Origin: a virus | Taxonomy: Duplodnaviria > Heunggongvirae > Uroviricota > Caudoviricetes | Direction: 5' to 3' (one strand) | Virus record (IMG/VR): IMGVR_UViG_3300026521_000088 | Location: 32,551 to 96,550 of that record | DNA: 64,000 nucleotides | Shown: in pieces, positions 37,430 through 47,410 of the stretch | Position numbering within the stretch: the stretch's first letter is position 1 | How the letters are laid out: each line of letters starts with the position of its first letter | Program-made: the position numbers and the translations under genes | The notes under the pieces: model-generated | Seen by the model: only the letters and a program-made list of their open reading frames with translations | Told to the model about the DNA's origin: nothing | Databases searched by the model: none

Positions 37430-38521
37430 ATGAATAACCAAACTAAATTTTTTTTTTTAAATAATAGTGGTACAGTAAGAGTTATAGAACTGGATAAAGA
37501 TACAATACAAGAATCACTGGTACCTGCTATATATGAAGTAAACTATAATCAAATGACAGGATATTATCTTACATATATAACTGATAAGTATAAATTACCT
37601 AAGCGTATTCTTGGTTCTATAAACAAAAGAGTAGATAAGGTAATCAATACCTACAATAATGAACCAAATAAAAATACTGGTGTACTATTACTTGGGGAGA
37701 AAGGTTCAGGTAAAACTCTACTATCTCAGGTTATTGCGAACAAAATGATAGAGCAAAATATTCCCGTTATTACAGTAAATACACAATTTTCTGACTCTTC
37801 TTTTATAAATTTCATTAAATCTCTTGATAATATCTGTCTAATATTTGATGAGTTCGATAAGCATTATTATAGACTAAAAGATGAAGGTGAAGCTGATGAT
37901 ACACAAACAGAAATCCTAAAACTCTTTGAGGATAATAATGATAAAAAATCAAAGAATTTAAATATCATTATTGCAAATAATGGGTATAGAATATCAGATT
38001 TTCTAATAGATAGACCTTCAAGGTTTAAATATAGATGGCACTATAATAAAGTAGAACCAGAAGTGATAGAAGAATTATGTTCTATACATAATCTTCCTAG
38101 TGATAAAACAAAACAACTTGTAGATTACTCAAAATCTGTTAAGTTGTTCTCATTTGATATTCTTGAATCGATAATTAAAGAATGTATATTATACTCTAAT
38201 GAAGATTTTAATGATATTATAGAGGATATGAATATACCTAAAGTAAAACAAGAAATAAAATTTAAAATTGAAGAAGTAGAATATAAAGGTAAAACATATA
38301 AGGCACAAAAAGAGGTATATATTAATCATTATTTTAAATTAAATAATATATACGATGCTATACAAGATAAAAATATACCTCATGAATCTATGTCATATAG
38401 TTTAGATAACCTTATTTACTCGGATAGTACAACAGAAATATACAGTATTATGAGAAATGAAATGTTAATAAAAGTAACTAAGGTATTTGAGACTGTGGAT
38501 TATAGAAATCTATTAGTGTAA
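37430..38521 (+). CDS. AAA+ ATPase
   Basis: Walker A LLLGEKGSGKTLLS, Walker B CLIFDEFD; T11 homopolymer at codons 7-10 (37449-37459). Confidence 0.65.
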   Translation: MNNQTKFFFLNNSGTVRVIELDKDTIQESLVPAIYEVNYNQMTGYYLTYITDKYKLPKRILGSINKRVDKVINTYNNEPNKNTGVLLLGEKGSGKTLLSQVIANKMIEQNIPVITVNTQFSDSSFINFIKSLDNICLIFDEFDKHYYRLKDEGEADDTQTEILKLFEDNNDKKSKNLNIIIANNGYRISDFLIDRPSRFKYRWHYNKVEPEVIEELCSIHNLPSDKTKQLVDYSKSVKLFSFDILESIIKECILYSNEDFNDIIEDMNIPKVKQEIKFKIEEVEYKGKTYKAQKEVYINHYFKLNNIYDAIQDKNIPHESMSYSLDNLIYSDSTTEIYSIMRNEMLIKVTKVFETVDYRNLLV

Positions 38522-38631
38522 AGGCTATAATAATGAAATTAGATTCTTTGAACCTATTAAAAACTCACATAAATGTGAATTATATTGTTTGAAATATGAA
38601 AAATATAGATATTTACCATGGAGACGAAAAA

Positions 38632-39201
38632 ATGTCACAATATAAAAATAGACAAAACAAAAGAAACTATTCGGTAGGAGTGTATCTTGGGAGATTTCAA
38701 CCTTTTCATCATGGGCACAACTCAATAATTCAACAAATTATAATGGATGGTAGAATACCATTATTACTTATAGGACATAAAGGTTCTTTAAATGATAGAC
38801 ATCCATTATCTATAACTCAAATAAAAGAGCTTATTAGATTGTTATATCCAGAAAACCAGGTAATGATTGAATATGTTGAGGATAATGACAGTTGGGATAA
38901 ATGGTACGATACTTTAATGTACAAAATAAATCTAAATACTACACTAAACAATATTGTCATATATTCCCATGAAAAAGAGTGCGACAATACTACTTTTAGG
39001 TTTAGAGATAAATACTTTGTAAATTGTTCACAAAATGAATGTTTTATAGTAGATGATATACCAATAAAATATTGTGAAGAGTATATTGACAATAAAGGAC
39101 AAGTACTATCAGCAACAAAAATAAGAGAAGATAAAGAATATGCTATGCAACATTTAGATGCTAGAATTTTTAAACAATTAGAAGAGTGGAGGTTATGGTG
39201 A
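38632..39201 (+). CDS. nadM: nicotinamide mononucleotide adenylyltransferase (NadM/NMNAT-type cytidylyltransferase fold)
   Basis: GVYLGRFQPFHHGHNSII = (H/T)xGH nucleotidyltransferase motif of NMNATs; track ORF starts at 38596 but the ATG at 38632 has a better SD (ggagacgaaaaaATG). Confidence 0.7.
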   Translation: MSQYKNRQNKRNYSVGVYLGRFQPFHHGHNSIIQQIIMDGRIPLLLIGHKGSLNDRHPLSITQIKELIRLLYPENQVMIEYVEDNDSWDKWYDTLMYKINLNTTLNNIVIYSHEKECDNTTFRFRDKYFVNCSQNECFIVDDIPIKYCEEYIDNKGQVLSATKIREDKEYAMQHLDARIFKQLEEWRLW

Positions 39202-39803
39202 AAACAATTAAAATATTAAGTAAAGAGCCGCTTGCAAAACCAAAGTTTCTTAAAACAGAACTTGTAACTTACCAAAAAGATAATGAAAAACCAAGACAAT
39301 GGGAAGTTTTACAAGGATTTGATACAGTACACATTCTCATTAAAAATACTGATACAAACAAGTTCTTGTTAGTCAAGCAAAACAGAATACCTGTAGCTGT
39401 CAAAAATACTAATCAAGGTATTTGTATAGAATGTTGTGCAGGGATTATTGATAAATACCAACATTCAAAATCATCTTTATATCAAGCTAAATTAGTAGCT
39501 AGAGATGAGATACTTGAAGAATTAGGTTATCATAAAGAAAATTTAAAGGATATTGAATTAGTAGACACATTACTAAGTTCAGTAGGCACTGTTGGTTCTA
39601 AACAATACTTGTTCTATTGTGAAGTTAACGATTCTGAATATACAGGACAACATTTAGAACCAGATGAAGAAATTGAAGTTATTGAATATACAAGTAATGA
39701 TTTAATGGATTTAATATTTAAAGAGTATAATACAGACTCGGTGACTAAATATTTATGTTTAAATCATATTGGAGAAATATATAACATAAAGGATAATTTA
39801 TGA
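39186..39803 (+). CDS. Nudix hydrolase (ADP-ribose pyrophosphatase-like; NatV C-terminal-domain equivalent)
   Basis: Nudix box-like ...LVARDEILEELGYH...; overlaps the NMNAT gene by 16 nt and the NadV gene by 4 nt. Confidence 0.6.
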   Translation: MEVMVKTIKILSKEPLAKPKFLKTELVTYQKDNEKPRQWEVLQGFDTVHILIKNTDTNKFLLVKQNRIPVAVKNTNQGICIECCAGIIDKYQHSKSSLYQAKLVARDEILEELGYHKENLKDIELVDTLLSSVGTVGSKQYLFYCEVNDSEYTGQHLEPDEEIEVIEYTSNDLMDLIFKEYNTDSVTKYLCLNHIGEIYNIKDNL

Positions 39804-41239
39804 GTAAACTATTAGAATCAACATTAATAACAGGAGATAGTTATAAATATGGGCATCCATTTCTATTAAGAGATGATATAGCTTATCAATATAACTATAT
39901 GGAAGCAAGAAAAGGCGATGATATAATATTTGTAGGTATGCAATATTATATTAAAAAGTTTCTAACAAAAGTACCATCAAAGAAACAAATTAAAAAAGTT
40001 AAAAAGATGGCATTAAAGCATGGAATTTATTTTGATGAAAAGATGTGGAAATACATCAATAAATTAGGATATTATCCAATTAGAATTAAAGCAATACCAG
40101 AAGGAACAAAAGTACCATCAGGTGTACCATTAGTTACTTTTGAAAATACAGATCCAGAATGTGTAGGATTAGTAGGTTTTCTTGAAACTCTGTTTATGAA
40201 AGTATGGATGCCAACATCGGTTGCTACGCAAAGCTATGAAGTTAAACAGATGTTATTAAAGTATGGTTCACCTGAATGGGCTGAATATGCTTATCACAAT
40301 TTTGGTTCTAGAAGCACAACATCATTAGAACACGATATGATTGCTGGATACGCACACCTAACACAATTTAAAGGAACTGACAGCTTTTCTTCACTATTCT
40401 TTTGCGAAAAATACTATAATCAAGGGAAAGAACCAGCAGGATATTCAGTATTAGCAACAGAGCACTCTGTTACTACAATGAATGGTATAGAAAACGAAGA
40501 AGAGTTTGTATATAAAACATTATTAAATAATCAAAATAGTCAAATTATCTCATTTGTTGGAGATTCTTATGATATTTATAAATTTACAGATTTTGTAACA
40601 AATCCAAACGGTAGAATAAGAAAATTACTAAACAAAAGAAAAAACCAAAAACTTGTAATTAGACCAGATAGTGGAGAACCAATTAAAGTACTTAAAGGTG
40701 TTATTGATATAATGAAAAACAATGATTGTTTTAATTCTGGAATAGAAGGTAAACTATTGTCGCCTAAATACGGAATTCTTTGGGGTGATGGTATAACACA
40801 AAAAATAATTGAACACATTCTACAATACTTCACTAATGAATCTTATAGACAATTCATGATAAATAGTAGTACAGACATACTAGCAACTAAAATTAAAAAT
40901 TTACAATTACTAGCAGCAGAAAACTTTGTATTTGGTTCTGGGACAGACTTAGTTAATTCAAAAGATAGAGATACTTATGGATTTGCTATTAAATGTTCAT
41001 CAGTTACACTTAAAGATGGTACAGAGCTAGATGTATTCAAAAATCCTATAACTGCACCTACTAAAAAATCGAAAAGAGGTAGAGTAGAAACAGCATTTAA
41101 CACAGCAAAGAAAACATATAGAACAACTAAAGGTGGGTATAAAGATATAGAAACGAAAGCGTTACAGTTAATATTTGAAGATGGTAAGTTATATAATGAA
41201 ACTTCCCTAGAAAACATTAGAAGTAACAGTTTAAAATAA
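39800..41239 (+). CDS. nadV: nicotinamide phosphoribosyltransferase (NAMPT/NadV)
   Basis: N-terminal TGDSYKYGH (NAMPT DSYK motif), 479 aa, typical NAMPT length and composition. Confidence 0.75.
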   Translation: MSKLLESTLITGDSYKYGHPFLLRDDIAYQYNYMEARKGDDIIFVGMQYYIKKFLTKVPSKKQIKKVKKMALKHGIYFDEKMWKYINKLGYYPIRIKAIPEGTKVPSGVPLVTFENTDPECVGLVGFLETLFMKVWMPTSVATQSYEVKQMLLKYGSPEWAEYAYHNFGSRSTTSLEHDMIAGYAHLTQFKGTDSFSSLFFCEKYYNQGKEPAGYSVLATEHSVTTMNGIENEEEFVYKTLLNNQNSQIISFVGDSYDIYKFTDFVTNPNGRIRKLLNKRKNQKLVIRPDSGEPIKVLKGVIDIMKNNDCFNSGIEGKLLSPKYGILWGDGITQKIIEHILQYFTNESYRQFMINSSTDILATKIKNLQLLAAENFVFGSGTDLVNSKDRDTYGFAIKCSSVTLKDGTELDVFKNPITAPTKKSKRGRVETAFNTAKKTYRTTKGGYKDIETKALQLIFEDGKLYNETSLENIRSNSLK

Positions 41240-41510
41240 ATATAAAGGTAAAAATTATAAAAGATATAAAAAGACAAGAACTAGAAATAGGTGATAAAGT
41301 AGTTGTAAGCTACCCACCATTTAATTCTCAGGAACTTACAATGGACTTTGGTGAGGTAGTAAAAGTAGCTCCAACATCAGCAACAATTAAGCTATCGGAT
41401 AATACAACTAGAACTTTTAAAGTAAGTAGAGGTTATGGTAGTATAAATGACTACTCTAAAAGAGTCATCAAACTATAAGAAAATACCAACTAAAACATAA
41501 GGATAAAATA

Positions 41511-41819
41511 ATGAATAAAAATAGACTTGTAATACAAGCTTGTGGTGATTATGTAGCATTTCATGAAATGGATATAGATGTAGTATATGAGTTTGGTACT
41601 TGTAATATCATAAATATACTAGAAGAGATAAAGGATGATAGACTTGAACTTATATGTGATAAAATAGATAAAGATGAACAATTAACAAACGAAGAACAAG
41701 AGCTCTTAGATGAGATAGTAGAAGAGTATGTAGATAATTATACAGGAGATTATTATGACTTAACTATTGCTTTTGGTTATAACATAGAAGGTAATTGGTA
41801 CATAAATTTTTATAAATAA
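41511..41819 (+). CDS. small acidic protein
   Basis: 102 aa, Glu/Asp/Tyr-rich. Confidence 0.45.
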   Translation: MNKNRLVIQACGDYVAFHEMDIDVVYEFGTCNIINILEEIKDDRLELICDKIDKDEQLTNEEQELLDEIVEEYVDNYTGDYYDLTIAFGYNIEGNWYINFYK

Positions 41820-41822
41820 ATA

Positions 41823-41848
41823 GGTATAGAGTGTTACCACTCTATACC
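41823..41848. terminator. bidirectional terminator hairpin (11-bp perfect stem ggtatagagtg / cactctatacc, loop ttac) at a convergent gene junction
   Basis: Seen directly; sits between the plus-strand 41511..41819 gene and the 3' end of the minus-strand 41834..42337 gene. Confidence 0.55.
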
Positions 41849-42337
41849 TTGTCCTTCTAATCCATTATCAGCATCCATTATACTATATGCAGATAATCTT
41901 TGTTTAGGAACTACTACTTGTTTAGTAGGTTGATTCGAAACAGTAGGTGTTACTTTTTTAGGTTGTAATCTTTGTTTAACTTTATGTACTACTTGTCTAG
42001 GTTTAGCTATAACAGTAGTAGGTATAATTTTATCTGTATCTTGTACAACTTGAAAATTTGGAGGAACTAATGTATTATACTCATCGCCTACTCTATTAGC
42101 TAAAATTTTATTAGATGTACCTATATAAGTAGGTGTTTCAAATAAAGTATTACCTAATCCTTTAGTTACTATAGGTACAATATTTGTAGATTTACTAGAT
42201 TGTGTAGATAAACCTCTAATACTATTTAACAGCTCTTCATCATTATCTGGGTATTTTAAGGCAATAGATGTAAATGGTGATACTTCCTTGTTTTGATTAA
42301 CTCTTTGTTTTAAATGATTTAACATATTACTATGCAT
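41834..42337 (-). CDS. hypothetical Pro/Gln/Lys-rich protein (only minus-strand gene inside the plus module)
   Basis: 167-aa ORF; its own divergent promoter region lies at 42338-42430. Confidence 0.45.
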   Translation of the reverse strand: MHSNMLNHLKQRVNQNKEVSPFTSIALKYPDNDEELLNSIRGLSTQSSKSTNIVPIVTKGLGNTLFETPTYIGTSNKILANRVGDEYNTLVPPNFQVVQDTDKIIPTTVIAKPRQVVHKVKQRLQPKKVTPTVSNQPTKQVVVPKQRLSAYSIMDADNGLEGQGIEW

Positions 42338-42430
42338 AAGTGTAATATCCTTTATATATTATTTTAATATATAAAGTATATCATATATAGATATAGAATA
42401 GCAAATTTACACATAAAATAAAGGGATAGA

Positions 42431-42748
42431 ATGACAATACTTACTAATATACTACATAGTATAAATTATATAAAAATATATACAAATAATATATTATTTA
42501 AAAATAAAAATATATATGTAATAACTGTATTATTTGTAGGGGAATTAGAGAAAGTTTATAGCTTTATAAATAAAGATAAAGCTAAATTAAAAATGATAGA
42601 ATTATGTAAAGACTGGTGTAACCAAACATTAGTATTAGAGTATTTAGAAAAAGGTAATACTTTAGATACTGTAGATGATTGGATTCAATATTTTCAAATA
42701 ATACATGATGATTGTTATATAGAGTTAAATAAAACTATATTAAAATAA
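42431..42748 (+). CDS. hypothetical protein
   Basis: 105-aa ORF. Confidence 0.4.
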   Translation: MTILTNILHSINYIKIYTNNILFKNKNIYVITVLFVGELEKVYSFINKDKAKLKMIELCKDWCNQTLVLEYLEKGNTLDTVDDWIQYFQIIHDDCYIELNKTILK

Positions 42749-42758
42749 AGGGTACTAA

Positions 42759-43910
42759 ATGACAAAAGTAGAGTTAAAACTAATAGATGCGAATGTTAAA
42801 GCTCAGTTACAACAAAAAGAAGTAGGTCCACTATTTATAGTTGGGTTGCCAGGTACTGGTAAAACTTCAAGTATTGTAACATTAGCTAATACTAATAATA
42901 TAAATATTTTAGTAGTATCAGCACCTACATTAACTGTGGAAGTCCTTACAGGTTTACCTCATGATAATATAGTAGATACTAACCAAGGTAAAAAAACAGT
43001 AGTATCTTGGAGTGTACCTGAGATTATTGCTCAAGCTAATAAATTAAGTGAAGACAAAGATACTATCTTACTTATTGATGATTTTCATGCTACACCTAAG
43101 CATATTCAAGCTTATTTTTTTAAATTGTTATTAGGTAGAAGTATTGGTTCACATAAATTAGAAGATAATATTGCTATTTTAGGTACTATGAATAATAGTG
43201 AAGAAGCTGGTTTTTATGGTATTAACTCTGCTATTCGAAATAGGTTAGCTGTGCTAGATGTTAAGTTTAATTTCGATTATTGGTTTAAAAATTATGGAAA
43301 TGGCTTACATTATATTATAAAATCATTCTTAACATTATATAAAAGTTCAGTACAAGAAGAAGAAAATACATCATTAGAAGGTTATGCTACAGCTAGAAGT
43401 TGGACATATTTTAGTAATATGTTAAAAGAACTAGATGATGAATTTATAAAAGTTAATATTGTTAAATTAGCTAAAATGTATATATCTACAGATATGGCTT
43501 ATAAACTAGAACAACATACTATATATATGGATCAATTTGATTTTAAATATAAAGTAGAGACTAGAGAAGATATTGATTTAGAGTCTATAGATCAAATGCA
43601 AAAGATGATGTTTTCATATATTCTTAACTTTATTGATACTGTACAAGATGCTAAATATTTATTAGAAATAATGAGTAAAAATAGTAAAGATGATGCTTTT
43701 ATTGGATTTATTGTAGGTGAGTTGTACTCTATATATCTAAGTGATAAATACTCAGATGGTATTAGATTTATGGTTGATACATTATTAGATTTTAAAATTA
43801 TTAAATCTAATTATCCTAATACTTCTACAGCAGTATTAAATACTGTAAAAAAAGTTAAATTTAAAAATTTAAATAGTGCTATGGAAATAGCTACTAATTT
43901 TATATTATAA
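42759..43910 (+). CDS. AAA ATPase (MoxR-like)
   Basis: Walker A FIVGLPGTGKTSSI, Walker B ILLIDDFH; followed directly by a vWA protein as in MoxR-vWA pairs. Confidence 0.6.
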   Translation: MTKVELKLIDANVKAQLQQKEVGPLFIVGLPGTGKTSSIVTLANTNNINILVVSAPTLTVEVLTGLPHDNIVDTNQGKKTVVSWSVPEIIAQANKLSEDKDTILLIDDFHATPKHIQAYFFKLLLGRSIGSHKLEDNIAILGTMNNSEEAGFYGINSAIRNRLAVLDVKFNFDYWFKNYGNGLHYIIKSFLTLYKSSVQEEENTSLEGYATARSWTYFSNMLKELDDEFIKVNIVKLAKMYISTDMAYKLEQHTIYMDQFDFKYKVETREDIDLESIDQMQKMMFSYILNFIDTVQDAKYLLEIMSKNSKDDAFIGFIVGELYSIYLSDKYSDGIRFMVDTLLDFKIIKSNYPNTSTAVLNTVKKVKFKNLNSAMEIATNFIL

Positions 43911-43919
43911 GGGTATATA

Positions 43920-45284
43920 ATGATACAAATTAAACAAGAGATTATTAACAAATTTACTACTAAAGTAGTTACTGAATCTAATATTATTGCTGATGTTAAT
44001 AAAACTTCAGCAATATTTATTAAACTACTATCCCATTTTAAATTTAATTTTAAATTTAGAAAAGTAGAAAATTTAAATTCATATCTTTTTACAGATATAC
44101 AAAAAAAGTATAAAATTATGGTAAATACATCTAAAACTAAAGCAGATATTATTGATGTAAATATTTATTATACTAAAGAGAAAGAACTACAAGAGATATT
44201 AAAAGTACTTGATGTATCAAATAAACCTGATGGTTATTGTGGTTTTATCGTGACTAGAGAGTTATTTAAAGTGTTATTAGGACATACAACTTATACACAT
44301 TACAATAAATATAAATATTTAGTAACTTCTAAACTTGATGAAAAATATGCTTATCTCGTTTTAGTTATTGCATCTAATTTATATATTGAGCATATTGTAG
44401 CTGGTATATGTAATGATAATAATGTACAATTTGATACAAGTAAATTAAAATATCTAGATGATATTTTATTAAAAAATATAAATTCATATCCTAGAGTTAT
44501 TAGAGATGTAGTTGAACAATTAAATATTATTTTGTCTGTTAGTACAAATTTATATAAAGATGATGTTATCTTATACTCTGATAAATTGCTAGAATATGAT
44601 GAACACACTATTTTTATTGCAGAAGTATTAGAAACTACAATTAACTCAGAAGTAAGAGGTTTTACAAGTTCTCCTATTTTTAAAACAGCATTAGCTTCTA
44701 AAAATACTGTAAATACAGACTGGATTAAAGAGCTAAAGAAACATATTAGCAGGTTTACTTATGAACGAACTAATGATATTGAATCTACTTGGGGTAAGTA
44801 TAACAATACTTATAAAAATATCTTTACTGCACCTGGAGCTAATTGCATTACACATAAATTAAAATTTGTACTATCTATTGATCAATCAGGTTCTATGACA
44901 AATGAAGATATTGCTTTGATTCAGGAAGTTATGAAAGTTATTGCAAAAGATACTGCTGAAGCTACTATTATTTTACATGATACAGAAATTGCTGATATTA
45001 TTGATATAGTAGATTTAGAAGAAGATGAGTTAAAGAAAAAACTTATTGAATCTACACATAGAGTGTGTACTGGTGGTACTTCACATAAGCATGTATTTGA
45101 ATATCTATCTACTTTAACAAATTTAGAAGATATTCTATATATATCTTTCAGTGACAATTATAGCGATATTGAAGAGGCTTACAAAAAATATAGAAAATAT
45201 ATGAATAAACTAGATTGTATATTTTTATCTACATCTGATAAAAAAGTAAATATAAATAGTATAAAAAATATTAAGATATTGTAA
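43920..45284 (+). CDS. von Willebrand factor A (vWA) domain protein
   Basis: MIDAS motif LSIDQSGSMT (DxSxS) in the C-terminal half; starts with the ATGATACAA (MIQ) motif. Confidence 0.55.
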   Translation: MIQIKQEIINKFTTKVVTESNIIADVNKTSAIFIKLLSHFKFNFKFRKVENLNSYLFTDIQKKYKIMVNTSKTKADIIDVNIYYTKEKELQEILKVLDVSNKPDGYCGFIVTRELFKVLLGHTTYTHYNKYKYLVTSKLDEKYAYLVLVIASNLYIEHIVAGICNDNNVQFDTSKLKYLDDILLKNINSYPRVIRDVVEQLNIILSVSTNLYKDDVILYSDKLLEYDEHTIFIAEVLETTINSEVRGFTSSPIFKTALASKNTVNTDWIKELKKHISRFTYERTNDIESTWGKYNNTYKNIFTAPGANCITHKLKFVLSIDQSGSMTNEDIALIQEVMKVIAKDTAEATIILHDTEIADIIDIVDLEEDELKKKLIESTHRVCTGGTSHKHVFEYLSTLTNLEDILYISFSDNYSDIEEAYKKYRKYMNKLDCIFLSTSDKKVNINSIKNIKIL

Positions 45285-45322
45285 TGTATGTATATAATTT
45301 AACTAGATAAAGGTAATAAAGT

Positions 45323-46666
45323 ATGACAAATGTAATAAATGAACATATAAATAGGGTTATAGACTATGAATATAATAAAAATATGTACATAGTTAGAGTT
45401 ATACCTAGGTATGGACAACCTGAAGATTCTGAAATATTTTCTTTAAAAATTATAAATTATTTAGATAATGTAGTTGTAAATATTGATAAATTTATTGATT
45501 CTTTTCTAATAGTGTACACTCTGTACAGAATATATGAGTTTAATAGTACTTTAATAGTACATAATTCTAACTCAGATAAAATAACTAAAGAAGCACTTAT
45601 ACAGAATTTACCTTTAAAACAGAAAAATTTATATGAATACTTGGTATCTATACCTACTAGAAAATCTATACAAATAAAAGTAAATGAAGATATAGTAAAG
45701 TATTATGATGTAAATTACATAGAGACTTTACTAGAACCATTACTTAAAAAATATACTATAAATGATTTGTTAGTACAGTTATTTCAAGCAATGTATAAAG
45801 ATACTGTAGTAAAAAATAAATATGTATATACTAGTACAAGTTATAAAATACAAAATTCTTTTGATATAGCAAAAATAAAGATAAATGAGAGAGAAAAGCG
45901 TTTACTTTTAAAAGTACCTAAATTGGATATGTTTAGTGCTAAATTATATAATAAATATATATCTAGTTTAAAGTCTTTTAAATCTTCAGATATGATGAGA
46001 GTTTTAGATAAGCTATTACCAACATTTATTATTGAAGTAGAGGATGATGATAGTAAGAGAGAAGTTTTAGAGTATATTTTAAATACAATGTTAAAAAAAC
46101 TTACATCTAAATATTATATATCAAATATATTAGGTAAAAGGTTAGCTTTTATACAAGATATATATAGTTTAAATATTGATTTTTATTCTTTAAATGTATA
46201 TAAATTTACAAGATATATGTATAATGTAGATACAAGTTTTTTCTTAAAGCTTAATCATTTAGATTCTGTATTTACATATATAGATGAACAAGAGATAGTA
46301 AATGATATTTATACAGATTTAGATATAAAAATACTAAAAAATATTATTATTTTTAAAAACAGTAAACCTAAAGATTATACAAAATATTCACATAGAGATT
46401 TAATAATTTTTTTAAAAACATATTCTACAATGTTATATATTTTAAAATATAAAAAATATAATATAAAATATAATAAAGAATTAGTAAAATTAGTAAATCA
46501 AAATATACAGTTAGTTACACAAACTTTAAAAAATAAGAAAGTATCAAAAGTAGATAAGCAAATATTAGCTACTGAATTAGATAGATTACATAAAGAAGTA
46601 TGTATAGCTAATATACTGTATAAAAGTATTAAAAAAGAAGGTTTATATGAAAAGGGTAATTTATGA
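45323..46666 (+). CDS. hypothetical Lys/Tyr/Ile-rich protein
   Basis: 447-aa ORF. Confidence 0.5.
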   Translation: MTNVINEHINRVIDYEYNKNMYIVRVIPRYGQPEDSEIFSLKIINYLDNVVVNIDKFIDSFLIVYTLYRIYEFNSTLIVHNSNSDKITKEALIQNLPLKQKNLYEYLVSIPTRKSIQIKVNEDIVKYYDVNYIETLLEPLLKKYTINDLLVQLFQAMYKDTVVKNKYVYTSTSYKIQNSFDIAKIKINEREKRLLLKVPKLDMFSAKLYNKYISSLKSFKSSDMMRVLDKLLPTFIIEVEDDDSKREVLEYILNTMLKKLTSKYYISNILGKRLAFIQDIYSLNIDFYSLNVYKFTRYMYNVDTSFFLKLNHLDSVFTYIDEQEIVNDIYTDLDIKILKNIIIFKNSKPKDYTKYSHRDLIIFLKTYSTMLYILKYKKYNIKYNKELVKLVNQNIQLVTQTLKNKKVSKVDKQILATELDRLHKEVCIANILYKSIKKEGLYEKGNL

Positions 46667-46842
46667 TTAAATATGAAGATTTAAATATAACAACAGTGCA
46701 ATATCTACAACTACAAAACCTAGAACTGGTGCATCAATATGAATTATGTAGTATAACTACAGTTCTTGTAAAAGGAGTTCTTATTTTGTTTTTAATATAT
46801 TTTGCATATAAAATAGCAACAAATAAAATCACAAATATATAA
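46663..46842 (+). CDS. small tail-anchored membrane protein (paralog A; MIKYEDLNIT...)
   Basis: 59 aa, C-terminal TM; ATGA overlap with the upstream stop; below the ORF-track size cutoff; paralogous to 47234..47392. Confidence 0.4.
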   Translation: MIKYEDLNITTVQYLQLQNLELVHQYELCSITTVLVKGVLILFLIYFAYKIATNKITNI

Positions 46843-46855
46843 GAGAGGATTAATA

Positions 46856-47182
46856 ATGGCAAAAGTAGCATATAATAATTGTTATGGTGGATTCACTTTA
46901 TCAAAAGAAGCAAGTAAATTATTAAACGAGAGAAAAGGTTATAAACCTGAAGATAGTAAGTATATTAACCCAGAATGCGGATTTATACGTTATTTACCTA
47001 GACATGATAAAGACCTTATAACAGTTATAGAAGAAATGGAAGAAAATGGTAAAGATCCATCTGGTGATTTTTCTAAAATACGACTAACAGAAGTTGAAGG
47101 TAAGTATATTATAGATGAGGATGATGGTATGGAGACAGTAGTAGAGTCAGATGTGTTTGACTGGATAGATACAAAAGAGTAA
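46856..47182 (+). CDS. small acidic protein
   Basis: 108 aa, acidic C-terminal half. Confidence 0.45.
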   Translation: MAKVAYNNCYGGFTLSKEASKLLNERKGYKPEDSKYINPECGFIRYLPRHDKDLITVIEEMEENGKDPSGDFSKIRLTEVEGKYIIDEDDGMETVVESDVFDWIDTKE

Positions 47183-47233
47183 TAAATAACTTATTTAATA
47201 ATATATATATAAAATAAAATTGAAGGAATTTAT

Positions 47234-47392
47234 ATGATTAAGTATAAAGATTTAAATATAACAATGTTAAAAGACTTATCACCACAAGCTGTAGAGTTGA
47301 TAAATAAACATGAGCTGTACAATATGTGCACTAATATTGCTGGTATATTACTTATTAGTTTTATAGTGTTTATAGTGTATAAAGCTGAGTGA
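47234..47392 (+). CDS. small tail-anchored membrane protein (paralog B; MIKYKDLNIT...)
   Basis: 52 aa, same N-terminus and C-terminal TM as paralog A. Confidence 0.4.
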   Translation: MIKYKDLNITMLKDLSPQAVELINKHELYNMCTNIAGILLISFIVFIVYKAE

Positions 47393-47410
47393 TAATTAAA
47401 AAGGATTTAT

